Shown: piece by piece, positions 49,115 through 58,657 of the stretch | Numbering within the stretch: position 1 is the first letter of the stretch | How the letters are laid out: the number at the start of each line of letters is the position of its first letter | From: a virus | Lineage: Duplodnaviria; Caudoviricetes | IMG/VR virus record: IMGVR_UViG_3300046796_000541 | Coordinates: 1 to 58,657 of that record | Strand: one strand, 5' to 3' | Length of the DNA stretch: 58,657 bases | Program-made: the position numbers and the translations under genes | The notes under the pieces: model-generated | Seen by the model: only the letters and a program-made list of their open reading frames with translations | The model's database searches: none | Told to the model about the DNA's origin: nothing

Positions 49115-49426
49115 ATGCCAAGCACGAGCGCCAAGCAGCATCGCACCATGGAAGCCGCGGCCCACGACCCGGCGTTCGCGAAGAAGATGGGGATCCCCCA
49201 GGGGGTCGCCCGCAACTTCGTGTCCGCGGACACGAAGGCCAGCGCCGGCCCCCACAAGGAGCCCGACGCCGACCAGCGCGGCGGCCGCAGCGACATGGAC
49301 GCCGATGACACCCGCAGCCCGGCGCCGCACCACAAGTCGCACGACGCGCCCATGAAGACGCCCGGGCGGCAGCACGGCAGCCACGACGTCCCGACGCGGC
49401 CCGGCAAGAGCCGCGCGGGCTACTGA
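49115..49426 (+). CDS. Conserved small phage protein (MPSTSAKQHRTMEAAAHDPAFAKKMGIPQ family)
   Basis: Recognisable N-terminal motif; TGGACC-17-TAGGCT-6-ATG promoter. Confidence 0.75.
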   Translation: MPSTSAKQHRTMEAAAHDPAFAKKMGIPQGVARNFVSADTKASAGPHKEPDADQRGGRSDMDADDTRSPAPHHKSHDAPMKTPGRQHGSHDVPTRPGKSRAGY

Positions 49427-49468
49427 TCTCGCTTGACCGTCGCGGCGCTCGTCCGGCAGGGTGAACGG

Positions 49469-49954
49469 ATGAGCGACGACAGCGACAGCAGCGAGATGTC
49501 GGGCGAGGAGTGGCGCCAATGGATGGCCGACCGCCTCGCGGAGCGCACCGGCAAGAAGCCGACCGTGCCGGGTCGCATCGGCCGGCCACGGCAGCACAGG
49601 CCCGATCCGGTCGACGCGACCGAGAAGGCAGCGAGCGACGCGGTGCACGCCGAGCACGAGCGACCGCGGACCCGGGGCGAGTGCGGGACCGAGCGCCCGT
49701 GTCCCTTCGTGGCCTGCCGGCACCACCTCTACCTCGACGTGAACCCGGACACCGGCAAGATCAAGATCCACTTCCCCGACCGCGAGCCGTGGGAGCTCGA
49801 GCACAGCTGCTCGCTCGACCTCGCGGACGAGGGCGGGCTGACGCTCGAGGCCGTGGCGCAGACCATGAACGTGACCCGGGAGCGGATCCGCCAGCTGGAG
49901 GACCGGGGCAGGCGGATGCTCCGCTTCAGCCGTGCGCGGATGCTCGTTCGGTAA
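49469..49954 (+). CDS. Stand-alone sigma70 region-4 HTH protein with Cys/His-rich N-terminal domain
   Basis: RPRTRGEC...[12 protein letters not shown]...SCSLD; [21 protein letters not shown]; TTGACC-18-CAGGGT-6-ATG. Confidence 0.88.
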   Translation: MSDDSDSSEMSGEEWRQWMADRLAERTGKKPTVPGRIGRPRQHRPDPVDATEKAASDAVHAEHERPRTRGECGTERPCPFVACRHHLYLDVNPDTGKIKIHFPDREPWELEHSCSLDLADEGGLTLEAVAQTMNVTRERIRQLEDRGRRMLRFSRARMLVR

Positions 49955-50004
49955 CGTGGCTTGCAATTCACGTGGAACCGTGCTCGGATCTCTACGTGGA
50001 CGGC

Positions 50005-50175
50005 ATGTTGGCCACGATCAGCGAGGAGACCGCCAAGCGCGTCGTCGAGGACGTCCGCGACTTCGGGCACGGCTACCTGCGCGTCGATCGCGAGGGCCGG
50101 ATCTGGCACGTGCCGGCGCCGGTGCTGGTCTCGCCGCCGTCGGCCGAACGTCGGCGCAGCGCGGCGCACGAGTAG
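50005..50175 (+). CDS. Small hypothetical protein
   Basis: Follows TTGCAA-17-TCGGAT at 49961-49989. Confidence 0.5.
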   Translation: MLATISEETAKRVVEDVRDFGHGYLRVDREGRIWHVPAPVLVSPPSAERRRSAAHE

Positions 50176-50191
50176 GCCGCGTTGTAACGCC

Positions 50192-50304
50192 GCTTGCAAT
50201 TCCGTCCGAGGTGTGGCTTGCTGAAGCCCAGATCAGTGACCGGGCACCGGCAGCGCTGATCGAGTAGGGCCACCAGCCGAGGCTCCGCGACAAGCGGAAC
50301 CTCC
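50192..50304 (+). promoter_or_regulatory. Putative late promoter and structured 5' leader, copy 2
   Basis: TTGCAA-17-CTTGCT, hairpin 50231-50261, GAG-N5-CCACCAGCCG. Confidence 0.7.
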
Positions 50305-52320
50305 ATGGCCAAGGACACCGGCGACCAGTACACGCTCAAGCGCGACGAGCACTGGTTCCGTCTGCCGGTCGGCGCCCCGGTCCACAAGCGCGTGGTGCCC
50401 TACGCGAAGGCGCTGATCCAGCGGGAGAGCAACTTCCATCGGAAGAACCTCGCGAGGGAGCGGATCTACCGCGGCGTCGTCCTCCAGCAGTTCCGCGCGG
50501 CGCTGCAGCACCTCGAGCGGGGCGGGTACGGGATGGCCCGGCTGAACGTCGTCGGCGCCGTGTGCGACACGTTCTCGTCGAGGCTGTCGAAGGACCGGCC
50601 CATGCCCGGCATCATCACCACCGGGGCGGACTGGGGCATGAAGCGGCGCGGGCAGAAGTTCCGTGAGTTCGTCGTCGGTCAGATGCAAGAGACCGAGTTC
50701 GACGACCTCTCGCGGTTCGCGCTCGACGATGGGACGCAGCTCGGCGTCGGGTTCACGCGCGTCGACAACGACGACGACGGGCTCATCGCCGAGCGGATCC
50801 CGGTCAATGAGCTGCTGTTCGACAGGCGCGAGTGCAAGTACGGCAAGCCCGGTCAGGCGATCCGAATCCGGCGCGTGGCGCGGCAGTACCTGTGCGAGCT
50901 GTTCCCCAAGGCGGAAGATGTCATCGAGCACGCGCCGCAGTCCGAGCGCCGACAGGAGGACACCGACATCGACGGCGACGGCCCGCACTACGGCGACCTC
51001 GAGGACTACGTCGACGTGTTCGAGGCATGGCACCCACCGACGCTCAAGGGCGGCACGGATGGGCGCCACGTCCTCTGCATCGACGGCGTGACCGACGAGT
51101 GCACGCTGTCCGCCGAGGAGTGGCACGAGCCGCGGTTCCCGTGGGCGCGGTTCCAGCTGCGGCTCCCGCACCGGGGCATCTACTGCGACGGGTTCGTGGA
51201 CCTGCTGTGCGACCTGCAGCACCGGCTGAACATGATCATCCGGGACCTGCAGTTGAACCTCGCGGCGACCGGGCGCGGGTTCTTCCTGGTCAACAAGGCC
51301 AACGACATCCCCGTCGAGAACCTGACCGGCTGGAACCCGTTCAAGCTCAAGTATGGCGGCTCGCAGCCTCCCGTATACGAGACGCCTCAGCCGTTCCACC
51401 CAGCGCACCTCCAGATGGCCAAGGAGGTCATCGGGTGGATGTACGACCTCAGCGGCGTCTCGCGCGCGAACGCGGAGAGCAAGAGCTCGCTCGGCCCCGG
51501 AGCGTCGGGCGTTGCGCTCGAGACCCAGTACGACATCGACAGCGACCGCTTCCGCATGCCCCAGGCGAACTACGCGCGGTACCGGCTCGAGGCCGCCCAG
51601 CGCTACATCGACGCCGCGGCCCGCGTCGCGCGCGCGCGCGAGCAGAGCAAGGGCAAGAAGCGCAGCTGGGTCGCGGTGTCGTGGAAGGGCCGCGACGCGA
51701 TCGAGCAGCTGGACTACAGCAAGGTCCAGCTCGAGGACGGCGACTACCGGCTGAGGATCGAGCCCATCGGGTTCCTGCCTGATACCCGCGCGGGCAAGCT
51801 GAACATCGTCGACCAGCTCGCGCGCGCCGGCGTGATCCCGCAGTGGTTCGTCCCGGCGCTGTTCGATGACCCGGACCTCACCGAGGCGATGCGGATCGTC
51901 CTCGCGCCGTTCAAGAACATCTTGAAGATGATGGACACGCTCGTCGAGGTCGACAAGCCGGCTCCGATGCCCGAGCAGTACCACGACCTCAAGCTCGCGC
52001 TCATCGTCGCGACCTCCTATTACAACTGGGTCCAGGCCGAGGAAGCGCCGCCCGAGGTCCAGCAGCGGTTCCGCGACTTCATCGACAACGTCGTCGGCGA
52101 GATTCAGCGCCAGGCGCCCGCGGCCGCTCCGGGTCAGCCCACCATGGGCGCCGGTCCCAGCCCGAGCGCCGCGGTGGCGCCGGCGCTGCCCCCCGGCCCG
52201 CCACCGATGCCAGCCGGACCCCTGCCGCCCAACACCGGCGGCGTCCAGCTCATGCCCTCGGGCCCGGTTCCGCCGCCGGCCCCGGTCGGAGCGATCCCAC
52301 CTATCCCGATGGCGGCCTGA
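50305..52320 (+). CDS. Portal protein
   Basis: 671 aa, first gene of head operon; NVV..VCDT..SRL...RP, LSGVS, ASGVAL; Pro-rich tail. Confidence 0.85.
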   Translation: MAKDTGDQYTLKRDEHWFRLPVGAPVHKRVVPYAKALIQRESNFHRKNLARERIYRGVVLQQFRAALQHLERGGYGMARLNVVGAVCDTFSSRLSKDRPMPGIITTGADWGMKRRGQKFREFVVGQMQETEFDDLSRFALDDGTQLGVGFTRVDNDDDGLIAERIPVNELLFDRRECKYGKPGQAIRIRRVARQYLCELFPKAEDVIEHAPQSERRQEDTDIDGDGPHYGDLEDYVDVFEAWHPPTLKGGTDGRHVLCIDGVTDECTLSAEEWHEPRFPWARFQLRLPHRGIYCDGFVDLLCDLQHRLNMIIRDLQLNLAATGRGFFLVNKANDIPVENLTGWNPFKLKYGGSQPPVYETPQPFHPAHLQMAKEVIGWMYDLSGVSRANAESKSSLGPGASGVALETQYDIDSDRFRMPQANYARYRLEAAQRYIDAAARVARAREQSKGKKRSWVAVSWKGRDAIEQLDYSKVQLEDGDYRLRIEPIGFLPDTRAGKLNIVDQLARAGVIPQWFVPALFDDPDLTEAMRIVLAPFKNILKMMDTLVEVDKPAPMPEQYHDLKLALIVATSYYNWVQAEEAPPEVQQRFRDFIDNVVGEIQRQAPAAAPGQPTMGAGPSPSAAVAPALPPGPPPMPAGPLPPNTGGVQLMPSGPVPPPAPVGAIPPIPMAA

Positions 52321-52329
52321 GGTTTTCGC

Positions 52330-53751
52330 ATGGACATGCCCACCGTTACCGAGACCACCGTCCCGACCCGCAACTCCGGGCCCGCGCCGAGCAAGGAGCG
52401 CGCGGCGGATGCAACGCGCGGCGGCCGCCCCCAGCTGACCGAGCAGGTGGTGCACGGCAGCGCCGTCGACCGCCCGGACCGCCCGCATGGGCGCGATGGC
52501 GCGGCGACCCATGTCCACGTCCACGGCGGCGCGGCGAACAGGATCCTCTCCAAGAGCGCCCAGACGATGCTCGAGAACCTCGACAAGCACGGCGATGTGC
52601 GCGGCGCGAGCGAGGGCAAGCCGGACCGCGAGGGGACCTCGACGGCGGGTATCACGGTGGTCGAGACCGCTGGCGAGCGGGCTGCCGAGGGCTCCTCGGA
52701 GGCCGCGGCGGCGCCCGAGACATCCTCGACGGAGACGGCCGCGGAGAGCGACACGCCCGCGACCAGCGAGCCGGTCAAGGAGGCCGCGGCGGCGCCGGCG
52801 CCCGAGAAGCCCGCCGAGACCGCAGCGGCCGCCGACCCGAAGCTCACCGCGGAGATCGACCGGCTCCAGGCCCACAACCGCAAGCTGGTTTCCGAGCTCG
52901 AGACCCGCTCCGGCGCGCCCGTGCTCGACGACCGCCACAAGGCCCTCGACGAGATCGAGCGGATGGCCATCGAGAGCCCCATCGACGCGCTCGAGCGGCT
53001 GTTCACGCTGGCGATCGGCGCCAAGGACGCGAAGGACCCCGCCGTGCAGCGGTTCCTCGCCGGCGTGTACGGCGACTGGACCGAGCGCGAGCTCAAGGTC
53101 CCGATGGACCGCGCGGCGCGCGCCGAGTTCGGCACCGAGCGCAACAAGCACCTGATCGACCGCGACCGGCGCGACCGCTCGAGCGGCGAGACCACGGCGG
53201 CCGAGAAATCCAAGGCGGCGGAGCGCGAGCGCACCGTGCGCGACACCGTGAGCACGCTCGACCGACAGCTCGTCGAGAGCAAGCACGGCGACAAGTTCCC
53301 CCACCTGATGAAGTCCGAGCTGCTCGACGGCATCACGCCCGGGCAGCGGCTGTTCACCGCGATCGCCCAGGGCCTCGCGGCCGGCGACTGGGACAAGGTC
53401 CCGCCGGACGACAAGCTCGTCGAGCACTACTCGGCGAAGATCGACAAGGAGTACCAGACCCGTGACCAGAAGCTCCGAGCGCACTACGCGCCGGCGCCGA
53501 CTACCAGCACTGCGAACCCAACTCCAGCAAGCGAGCCTGTGAAGGACAAAGCCGCGGACGCGCCCTCGAAAGAGGTTCAAGCCGGCGCCCGAACCATCAC
53601 GAACGCAAGCGCGAGCGTCGCCCCGTCGACTCCTCCCAAGGAAGCGGCGGCGCCACCAGCGAAGGACAAGCCCCCGACCTTCCGGAATGAAGCCGAACGA
53701 CGCCAGTACCTGGCCCGGAAATGGTTCGACGAGGCTGGAGCCGATCGCTGA
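52330..53751 (+). CDS. Capsid scaffolding protein
   Basis: Acidic, A/P/E-rich, helical; between portal and capsid. Confidence 0.7.
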   Translation: MDMPTVTETTVPTRNSGPAPSKERAADATRGGRPQLTEQVVHGSAVDRPDRPHGRDGAATHVHVHGGAANRILSKSAQTMLENLDKHGDVRGASEGKPDREGTSTAGITVVETAGERAAEGSSEAAAAPETSSTETAAESDTPATSEPVKEAAAAPAPEKPAETAAAADPKLTAEIDRLQAHNRKLVSELETRSGAPVLDDRHKALDEIERMAIESPIDALERLFTLAIGAKDAKDPAVQRFLAGVYGDWTERELKVPMDRAARAEFGTERNKHLIDRDRRDRSSGETTAAEKSKAAERERTVRDTVSTLDRQLVESKHGDKFPHLMKSELLDGITPGQRLFTAIAQGLAAGDWDKVPPDDKLVEHYSAKIDKEYQTRDQKLRAHYAPAPTTSTANPTPASEPVKDKAADAPSKEVQAGARTITNASASVAPSTPPKEAAAPPAKDKPPTFRNEAERRQYLARKWFDEAGADR

Positions 53752-53786
53752 CCGCGGTGTGCCAACCCCTCACCTGAGAGCAGACC

Positions 53787-55067
53787 ATGGCAGCACATAC
53801 GCTTGCGAATCAAGACGCCTTTCTGAAGGACGTCTACACCGACGAGAAGATCCTCGAGCAGTCGTTCGGTGACAACCCCTGGCTCGCGTTCGTCCAGAAG
53901 GAACGCGGGTACACGGCCGGCGGACGTCGCTACGTCCAGCCGGTCGAGTTCGCGAACCCGAGCGGCGCCGGCGCCGACTACGGCTTTGCGATGACCGACT
54001 CGACGGTCTCGCAGTACCAGGACTTTCTGCTGTCCCGGATGAAGCAGTACCAGCGCATCCAGGTCAACAACGAGCTCCTCTACGCGACCGAGAAGAAGTC
54101 CGACGCCTTCGTGAAGGCGCTCGGCGAGTTCGATCGCGGGCTCCAGTCCCTCGGCGAGAAGATCGGGCGCCGGCTCTACCGGACCCAGGGCGGCGCCCTC
54201 GGCCAGCTGGCCATCGTGGGCACCCTCGCGACCTCGACGCTGACGTTCACCGACAACGCCGCGTGCTTCAACTTCACGATCGGCCAGGTCATCCAGGCCT
54301 CGACGGCGGACGGCTCGGGCACGCTGCTCAACGGCGGCGCGTTCACGACCGTGACCGCGGTCGACGAGGAGGGCGGCACGGTCACGATCGCCGATGTGCT
54401 GAACGTCAAGTTCGGCGGCAGCGTGACCTCGGCGAGCTTCATTTTCCAGCGCGGCGACTACAACGCGTGCATCTCCGGCCTGGCCGACTGGCTTCCCGGC
54501 GACGTCTCGACGCGCGCCACGCTGCTCGCGGCGGCGTTCAACAACATCACGCGCTCGACGTCGCCCGTGCGACTCGGCGGGGTGTTCCTCGACGGCCGGA
54601 CCGTCGGCGACCTCGACGCGATCATCATCAAGCTCACCGCGAAGGTCACGAAGTACGGCGGCAAGACGAGCCACATCTTCGCCAACCCCGAGTCGCTCGC
54701 TGACCTCGAGCTGGTGAGCAACTCGAAGGTGCGGATCCTCGGCGACGTCAACGGCCAGGTGATGTCTAAGGACGGCAACCTGATCGTGGGCTTCGCGGGC
54801 TACAAGGCGCTGTGCGGCGGGCGGATGGTCTCCATCTACCCTGACCGCAACTGCCCCTCGAACCGGCTCTACGCGCTCATGGCCTCGACGTGGAGGTTGT
54901 GGCACACGGGCGAGTGGATCAACTGGACCGGCGAGATGGCCACCGGGTTGAGGCTGCGTCCCTCGGAGAACGAGGACAGCGTGGAAGCTCGACTCGGTGC
55001 GTACCAGAACCTCGGCTGCTCGGCGCCCGGCTGGAACGGCGTCGCCCAGCTCACCGCGAGCTCGTGA
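53787..55067 (+). CDS. Major capsid protein (HK97 fold expected)
   Basis: 426 aa, strongest codon bias, position after scaffold; LKDVY...NPWLAFV, ISGLADW. Confidence 0.85.
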   Translation: MAAHTLANQDAFLKDVYTDEKILEQSFGDNPWLAFVQKERGYTAGGRRYVQPVEFANPSGAGADYGFAMTDSTVSQYQDFLLSRMKQYQRIQVNNELLYATEKKSDAFVKALGEFDRGLQSLGEKIGRRLYRTQGGALGQLAIVGTLATSTLTFTDNAACFNFTIGQVIQASTADGSGTLLNGGAFTTVTAVDEEGGTVTIADVLNVKFGGSVTSASFIFQRGDYNACISGLADWLPGDVSTRATLLAAAFNNITRSTSPVRLGGVFLDGRTVGDLDAIIIKLTAKVTKYGGKTSHIFANPESLADLELVSNSKVRILGDVNGQVMSKDGNLIVGFAGYKALCGGRMVSIYPDRNCPSNRLYALMASTWRLWHTGEWINWTGEMATGLRLRPSENEDSVEARLGAYQNLGCSAPGWNGVAQLTASS

Positions 55068-55079
55068 AAGGGGGAAGCA

Positions 55080-55472
55080 ATGGGTCTCCCCAACGGACAG
55101 CGATACATGCTGCAAGCCGCCCACGAGGCGCATGCAGTGGACTGCTTCGCGAAGCTCACCGGAGGCGGTGTCGGCGTGGACCTCGTCAACAGCGACTCGG
55201 CCAACCGCGGCGGGGGCGAGATTGTGTCGGCCGTGTGGGGTTCCACCGGCACGTACACGGTCACGTTCCGCCACGCGTGGCCGGCGCTGCTCTGGGCCCC
55301 GCAGTGCACCTTCGTCAACGCCAACCTCGACTTCAACATGGTCCCGACCGCGATCGACGTGACGGCCCAGACCGCCACGTTCGTTTTCGGCACCGGCACC
55401 ACCCCCACCGACGTCGCAACCACCACCACCGTCTACGTCCGCTGGACCGTTCTCGCGGTCAACAAGCGGTAA
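55080..55472 (+). CDS. Head decoration / minor virion protein
   Basis: STGTYTVTF beta motif; directly after capsid gene. Confidence 0.6.
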   Translation: MGLPNGQRYMLQAAHEAHAVDCFAKLTGGGVGVDLVNSDSANRGGGEIVSAVWGSTGTYTVTFRHAWPALLWAPQCTFVNANLDFNMVPTAIDVTAQTATFVFGTGTTPTDVATTTTVYVRWTVLAVNKR

Positions 55473-55485
55473 TCGGAGCATTCCC

Positions 55486-56208
55486 ATGGACCAGACTCGT
55501 CTCAACCAGGTCGGCAACTTCGACCAGACCACCATCAACCAGCTCGCGGCCGACACCGGCTCGCTCGTCGAAGCGATCAGCGTGGCCGGCGCGCTGTCGC
55601 TCGGCATCTACGCCAGCGAGCTCACCATCGGAAGCACGCTGGCGTTCACGCTGGCGGCGCCGACCTTCGCGGGTCAGAAGAAGCTGATCCGGTGCGTCGC
55701 GGTGTCGGGCACCCCGCTCGGCACCGTGACGATCACCAGCCCGGACACCGTGACCGGGTTCGTGTGCTCGTCCACGTTCACGTTCACGGACGTTGGCCAG
55801 GCGATCTGGCTCGAGGCGACCGCCGGCCTGAAGTGGCGTGCGACGCGCGTGCAGCGCGCCGGCGGCGCCGCGAACAACGTCGTGGTCGGCACCACGGTGC
55901 TCACCGGGCTCAACCTGTGGCTCCGGTACTGCCTGTCCGTCACCGGAACGGTGAACTCGACCGGCACGTCGGCGCTGCCGAACGGGTCGGCGATCGGCGA
56001 GCGCATCATCATCACGAACTCGACCGCGGCGCTGACCCCGATCGGCAGCATCGACGGCGTGTACACCGGGATGATCAACGAGGCCTACACGCACCTCGGG
56101 GCGATCGGCGTGGTCGCGTCGTCCACCGTCGAGGGCGATACCGCGATCCTCGAGTGGACCGGGACCTCGTGGAGTGTGCTCACGCAGAACGGCTGCACGC
56201 TCTCGTGA
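55486..56208 (+). CDS. Virion protein with two similar beta domains
   Basis: TL..PTFAGQKKLI...AIWLE...KW versus ALPNGSAIGERIII...AILEW...SW. Confidence 0.65.
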   Translation: MDQTRLNQVGNFDQTTINQLAADTGSLVEAISVAGALSLGIYASELTIGSTLAFTLAAPTFAGQKKLIRCVAVSGTPLGTVTITSPDTVTGFVCSSTFTFTDVGQAIWLEATAGLKWRATRVQRAGGAANNVVVGTTVLTGLNLWLRYCLSVTGTVNSTGTSALPNGSAIGERIIITNSTAALTPIGSIDGVYTGMINEAYTHLGAIGVVASSTVEGDTAILEWTGTSWSVLTQNGCTLS

Positions 56209-56681
56209 GGTTGACGGTGACCGGACGGACGAACGAGCTCACGCGACGGTGGGCGGATGCCCTCGATGGCGTCATCGTCCGGCACCCCAACCGCGGCATC
56301 ACGCCGCTCATGACGCTCGACGATGGCGCCGAGCCGAGCTTGCACTTCGAGCTCGACTCCAACCCGTCGAGCGATGCCGACGAGGTGATTTCGCCGTTCC
56401 GCATCACCAACGTTCGGCTGACCTATTTCCCGGGCATCGCCGCGGCGCGGGCCTGGCTCGCGGCGGCCTGGGGGTGCTTCCTGCAGCACGAGGCGCTCGA
56501 GCTCGTGACCGTGGGCGACCTGCGGACCCGTGTGCTCGATCCGCACGCGACACGCGCGACGCTCGACTACGTGTTCCACACCGGGCTGCCGTTCGCGCTC
56601 ACGCCTGAGTCGCTGCTCGCTGCGCTCGTCACGGCGATCCCGCGCGCGGCCGCGCTGGCTCTGGTGGAGGCCTCGACATGA
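56205..56681 (+). CDS. Hypothetical protein
   Basis: GTGA/ATGA overlaps on both sides. Confidence 0.6.
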   Translation: MRLTVTGRTNELTRRWADALDGVIVRHPNRGITPLMTLDDGAEPSLHFELDSNPSSDADEVISPFRITNVRLTYFPGIAAARAWLAAAWGCFLQHEALELVTVGDLRTRVLDPHATRATLDYVFHTGLPFALTPESLLAALVTAIPRAAALALVEAST

Positions 56682-57358
56682 CCCAGACGCTCGCGCAGCT
56701 CATCACCATCGTGCGGAACCGCGGCGACGCGCGCAACACGGTACGCTTCCCGGATGCGTACCTGACGGCCGAGCTCCAGGCGGCGTTCGCCGAGGGCTAC
56801 GAGCTCATCGTCGAGCAGAACAGCGGGTTCTTCGACCAGTTCGACAACGTATCGACGGTCGCGCACCAGGCGTTTGTGGCGCTCCCCGCGGGGCCGCCGG
56901 TGAGCTGGATCGTGCGCGCGGTCGACCGGCAGGACGGCAACGACTTCATCCCGATCCCGCGCGTGGGCATCAAGGACCGGCTGCGCTACGGCACAACCGA
57001 GGGGCGGCCCGGCGCGCACCGGCTGACCGCGCGCGGGATCGACCTCTACCCCACGCCTGATCAGATCTACACGCTGCGGGTGCTCCACACGCCGGCCGCC
57101 CCGATCCTCGATGCGACGCCGCGCGAGTACTACAGCTCGTGGGAAGAGTACGCGGTGTACGGCGCGCTGGTGCGGCTCTACAACACGCAGGGCCGCGACC
57201 CCATGCAGTGGTCCCGGCAGCTGGCGCTGACCACGGAGCGCATCATGAAGGCGGCTGGCGAGCGCGACTCCTCGGGCCCGGAGTACCTGAACCTGCGCGA
57301 GGGACCGGGCGGGGACTCGTGGGACGGCGAGCTCGACGCGTGGCGCCGGGGGTTCTGA
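56678..57358 (+). CDS. Head-tail adaptor (tail tubular A-like)
   Basis: TLAQLITIVRNRGD N-terminus, IDLYPTPD, EEYAVYGA. Confidence 0.75.
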   Translation: MTQTLAQLITIVRNRGDARNTVRFPDAYLTAELQAAFAEGYELIVEQNSGFFDQFDNVSTVAHQAFVALPAGPPVSWIVRAVDRQDGNDFIPIPRVGIKDRLRYGTTEGRPGAHRLTARGIDLYPTPDQIYTLRVLHTPAAPILDATPREYYSSWEEYAVYGALVRLYNTQGRDPMQWSRQLALTTERIMKAAGERDSSGPEYLNLREGPGGDSWDGELDAWRRGF

Positions 57359-57359
57359 C

Positions 57360-58220
57360 GTGCCGGGCCGCCGCGTCGCCGCGCCGCGCAACGTGACGGT
57401 GGCCTCGCTCGCTGACACCGGCGATCCGGCGACCGATCGCGTGATGATCCAGGCCGAGCAGAACCTCCAGGACCTGCAGGAGAAGGCGCGCGCCGCGGCG
57501 GCCACCGCTGCGGCGCAGGCGACGGCGATCGCTGCGATCCCGACCGGCGGCCGGCTGCTGGGCGTGGTGCTGCTGACCGGCAGCGGCTCAGGCACCCTGC
57601 CGGCGGGGACCGCGGCGATCCGGTTCCGCGGCACCGGCCAGGGCGGCGGCGGCGGCGGGGCGACCACCGGAGCCGGGATCGCGGCGGGCGCCGGTGGCTC
57701 GACCGGTGAGATCGTCGAGGGCATGACCGGGACGCCGGGCGGGACACCGCTCACCGTGACCGCCTACAGCTGGATCGGCGGCACGGGCGCCGGCGCCGGC
57801 GGGACCTCGGCGGGCGGCAACGGGGCGACGGGCACCGCATCGACCTTCACGGCCAACGGGGTCGCCTATACGGCGAGCGGTGGCGGTGGCGGGCAGGGCA
57901 TTGTCGGCGTGGCTGGCAACGCGAACACGAACCCGACGACCACCGCCACGGGAACGCCCGCGGTCGGCGTCTCCGGCGTGCTGCGCCGCGCGTCCGGCCT
58001 GGGGCTCGACGGCGAGATGCACGACGGCACGATGTGGATCTCGGGATCCGGCGGCTGTCACGAGATGGGCACCGGCGGCGTGACCGTGGGCGGGCTCACC
58101 GCGGGCAACCCCGGGACCGGGATGGGCGGCGGCGGGGGCGGCGCGGCCGCTGGAGGCGGCGGAGGGCGGGCCGGCGGCGATGGCGCGCCTGGCGGATGGA
58201 TCGTCGAATTCTACAGCTAA
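57360..58220 (+). CDS. Glycine-rich tail fibre-like protein
   Basis: GGGGGG/AGAGG runs and GGDGAPGGWIVEF C-terminus typical of phage glycine-rich domains. Confidence 0.7.
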   Translation: MPGRRVAAPRNVTVASLADTGDPATDRVMIQAEQNLQDLQEKARAAAATAAAQATAIAAIPTGGRLLGVVLLTGSGSGTLPAGTAAIRFRGTGQGGGGGGATTGAGIAAGAGGSTGEIVEGMTGTPGGTPLTVTAYSWIGGTGAGAGGTSAGGNGATGTASTFTANGVAYTASGGGGGQGIVGVAGNANTNPTTTATGTPAVGVSGVLRRASGLGLDGEMHDGTMWISGSGGCHEMGTGGVTVGGLTAGNPGTGMGGGGGGAAAGGGGGRAGGDGAPGGWIVEFYS

Positions 58221-58229
58221 GGAGCTGAT

Positions 58230-58657
58230 ATGACTGTTCTACCAAACACCGGCATGACCCTCCCTGTCCGCGGCTCCCCCGGCTCCGGCGCGTGGGGCGA
58301 CACGATCGACGCCAACCTCGGGATCCTGGACGTGATGGACCACACTCCCGGCCACGGCCCGCTCGTGCCCGTCGCCGGCCTAAACATCAACGCGGACCTG
58401 CCCTTCAGCTCGCTCTGGGCGCCGACGCAGCTACACCGCGTCCAGTTCTCGAATATCGCCGCGGGCGCGCTCACGGCGGGCCAGCGCAAGAGCTTGTACG
58501 CGTCCGACGGCACCGGCGGCGGCGTCGCGAACGAGCTGTACTGGATCAACAGCGCCGGCAACAAGGTCCAGATCACCGCGGGCAACACGCTGAACTTCGC
58601 CGCGTTCGTCGGCGGGATCGGCGGCGACTACACGAGCGTCGGCGCGACCCTCAACTA
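58230..58657 (+). CDS. Tail fibre / receptor-binding protein, 5' part (continues to 884)
   Basis: SD AAGGAG, ATG 58230, MTVLPNTGMTLP...WGDTIDANL...DH fibre-attachment-like N-terminus; open to window end. Confidence 0.75.
   Translation, partial: MTVLPNTGMTLPVRGSPGSGAWGDTIDANLGILDVMDHTPGHGPLVPVAGLNINADLPFSSLWAPTQLHRVQFSNIAAGALTAGQRKSLYASDGTGGGVANELYWINSAGNKVQITAGNTLNFAAFVGGIGGDYTSVGATLN
58531..58657. repeat. Terminal overlap, copy 2
   Basis: Identical to 1-127. Confidence 0.97.

Noticed and set aside
55050-55090. Programmed frameshift or read-through extending the capsid protein
   Set aside because: No slippery heptamer seen before the TGA; the next gene has its own purine-rich RBS.
57620-58200. 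GGC-rich tandem repeats
   Set aside because: Explained by glycine codons of the glycine-rich fibre domain.
58531-58657. 127-bp terminal direct repeat as a biological DTR
   Set aside because: It lies inside a CDS and equals a standard assembler k-mer; it shows circularity, not packaging ends.
1-58657. tRNA, rRNA, integrase or att site
   Set aside because: None recognised by eye; tRNAscan-SE and HMM searches would be needed to exclude them formally.

Overview
The window is a complete, circularly assembled dsDNA tailed-phage genome of about 58.5 kb. Bases 1-127 are repeated at 58531-58657, an assembly overlap, so the unit length is 58,530 bp. It is very GC-rich and has a podovirus-like virion module: terminase, portal, scaffold, capsid, adaptor, fibres, nozzle and three ejection proteins, with no tape measure or sheath. 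It also carries a lysis cassette, a RecE-like exonuclease plus AAA ATPase, an initiator-like gene with internal iterons, a DNA methyltransferase and about 60 small hypothetical genes. I saw no integrase, polymerase, tRNA or CRISPR array. Several proteins and the sigma54 promoters point to a Myxococcota host (inference). Most notable: (1) a terminase intein whose HNH homing endonuclease is a separate gene overprinted in another reading frame; (2) a lipoprotein gene, convergent with the tail-fibre gene, that carries a paralogous copy of the fibre's C-terminal domain; (3) a conserved, covarying RNA-hairpin leader plus shared promoter in front of both virion operons; (4) three sigma54 -24/-12 promoters with a shared upstream element; (5) a captured zinc anti-sigma domain; (6) an ejection protein carrying ParB-like and ADP-ribosyltransferase domains. 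All family calls come from motif recognition by eye, not from database searches.
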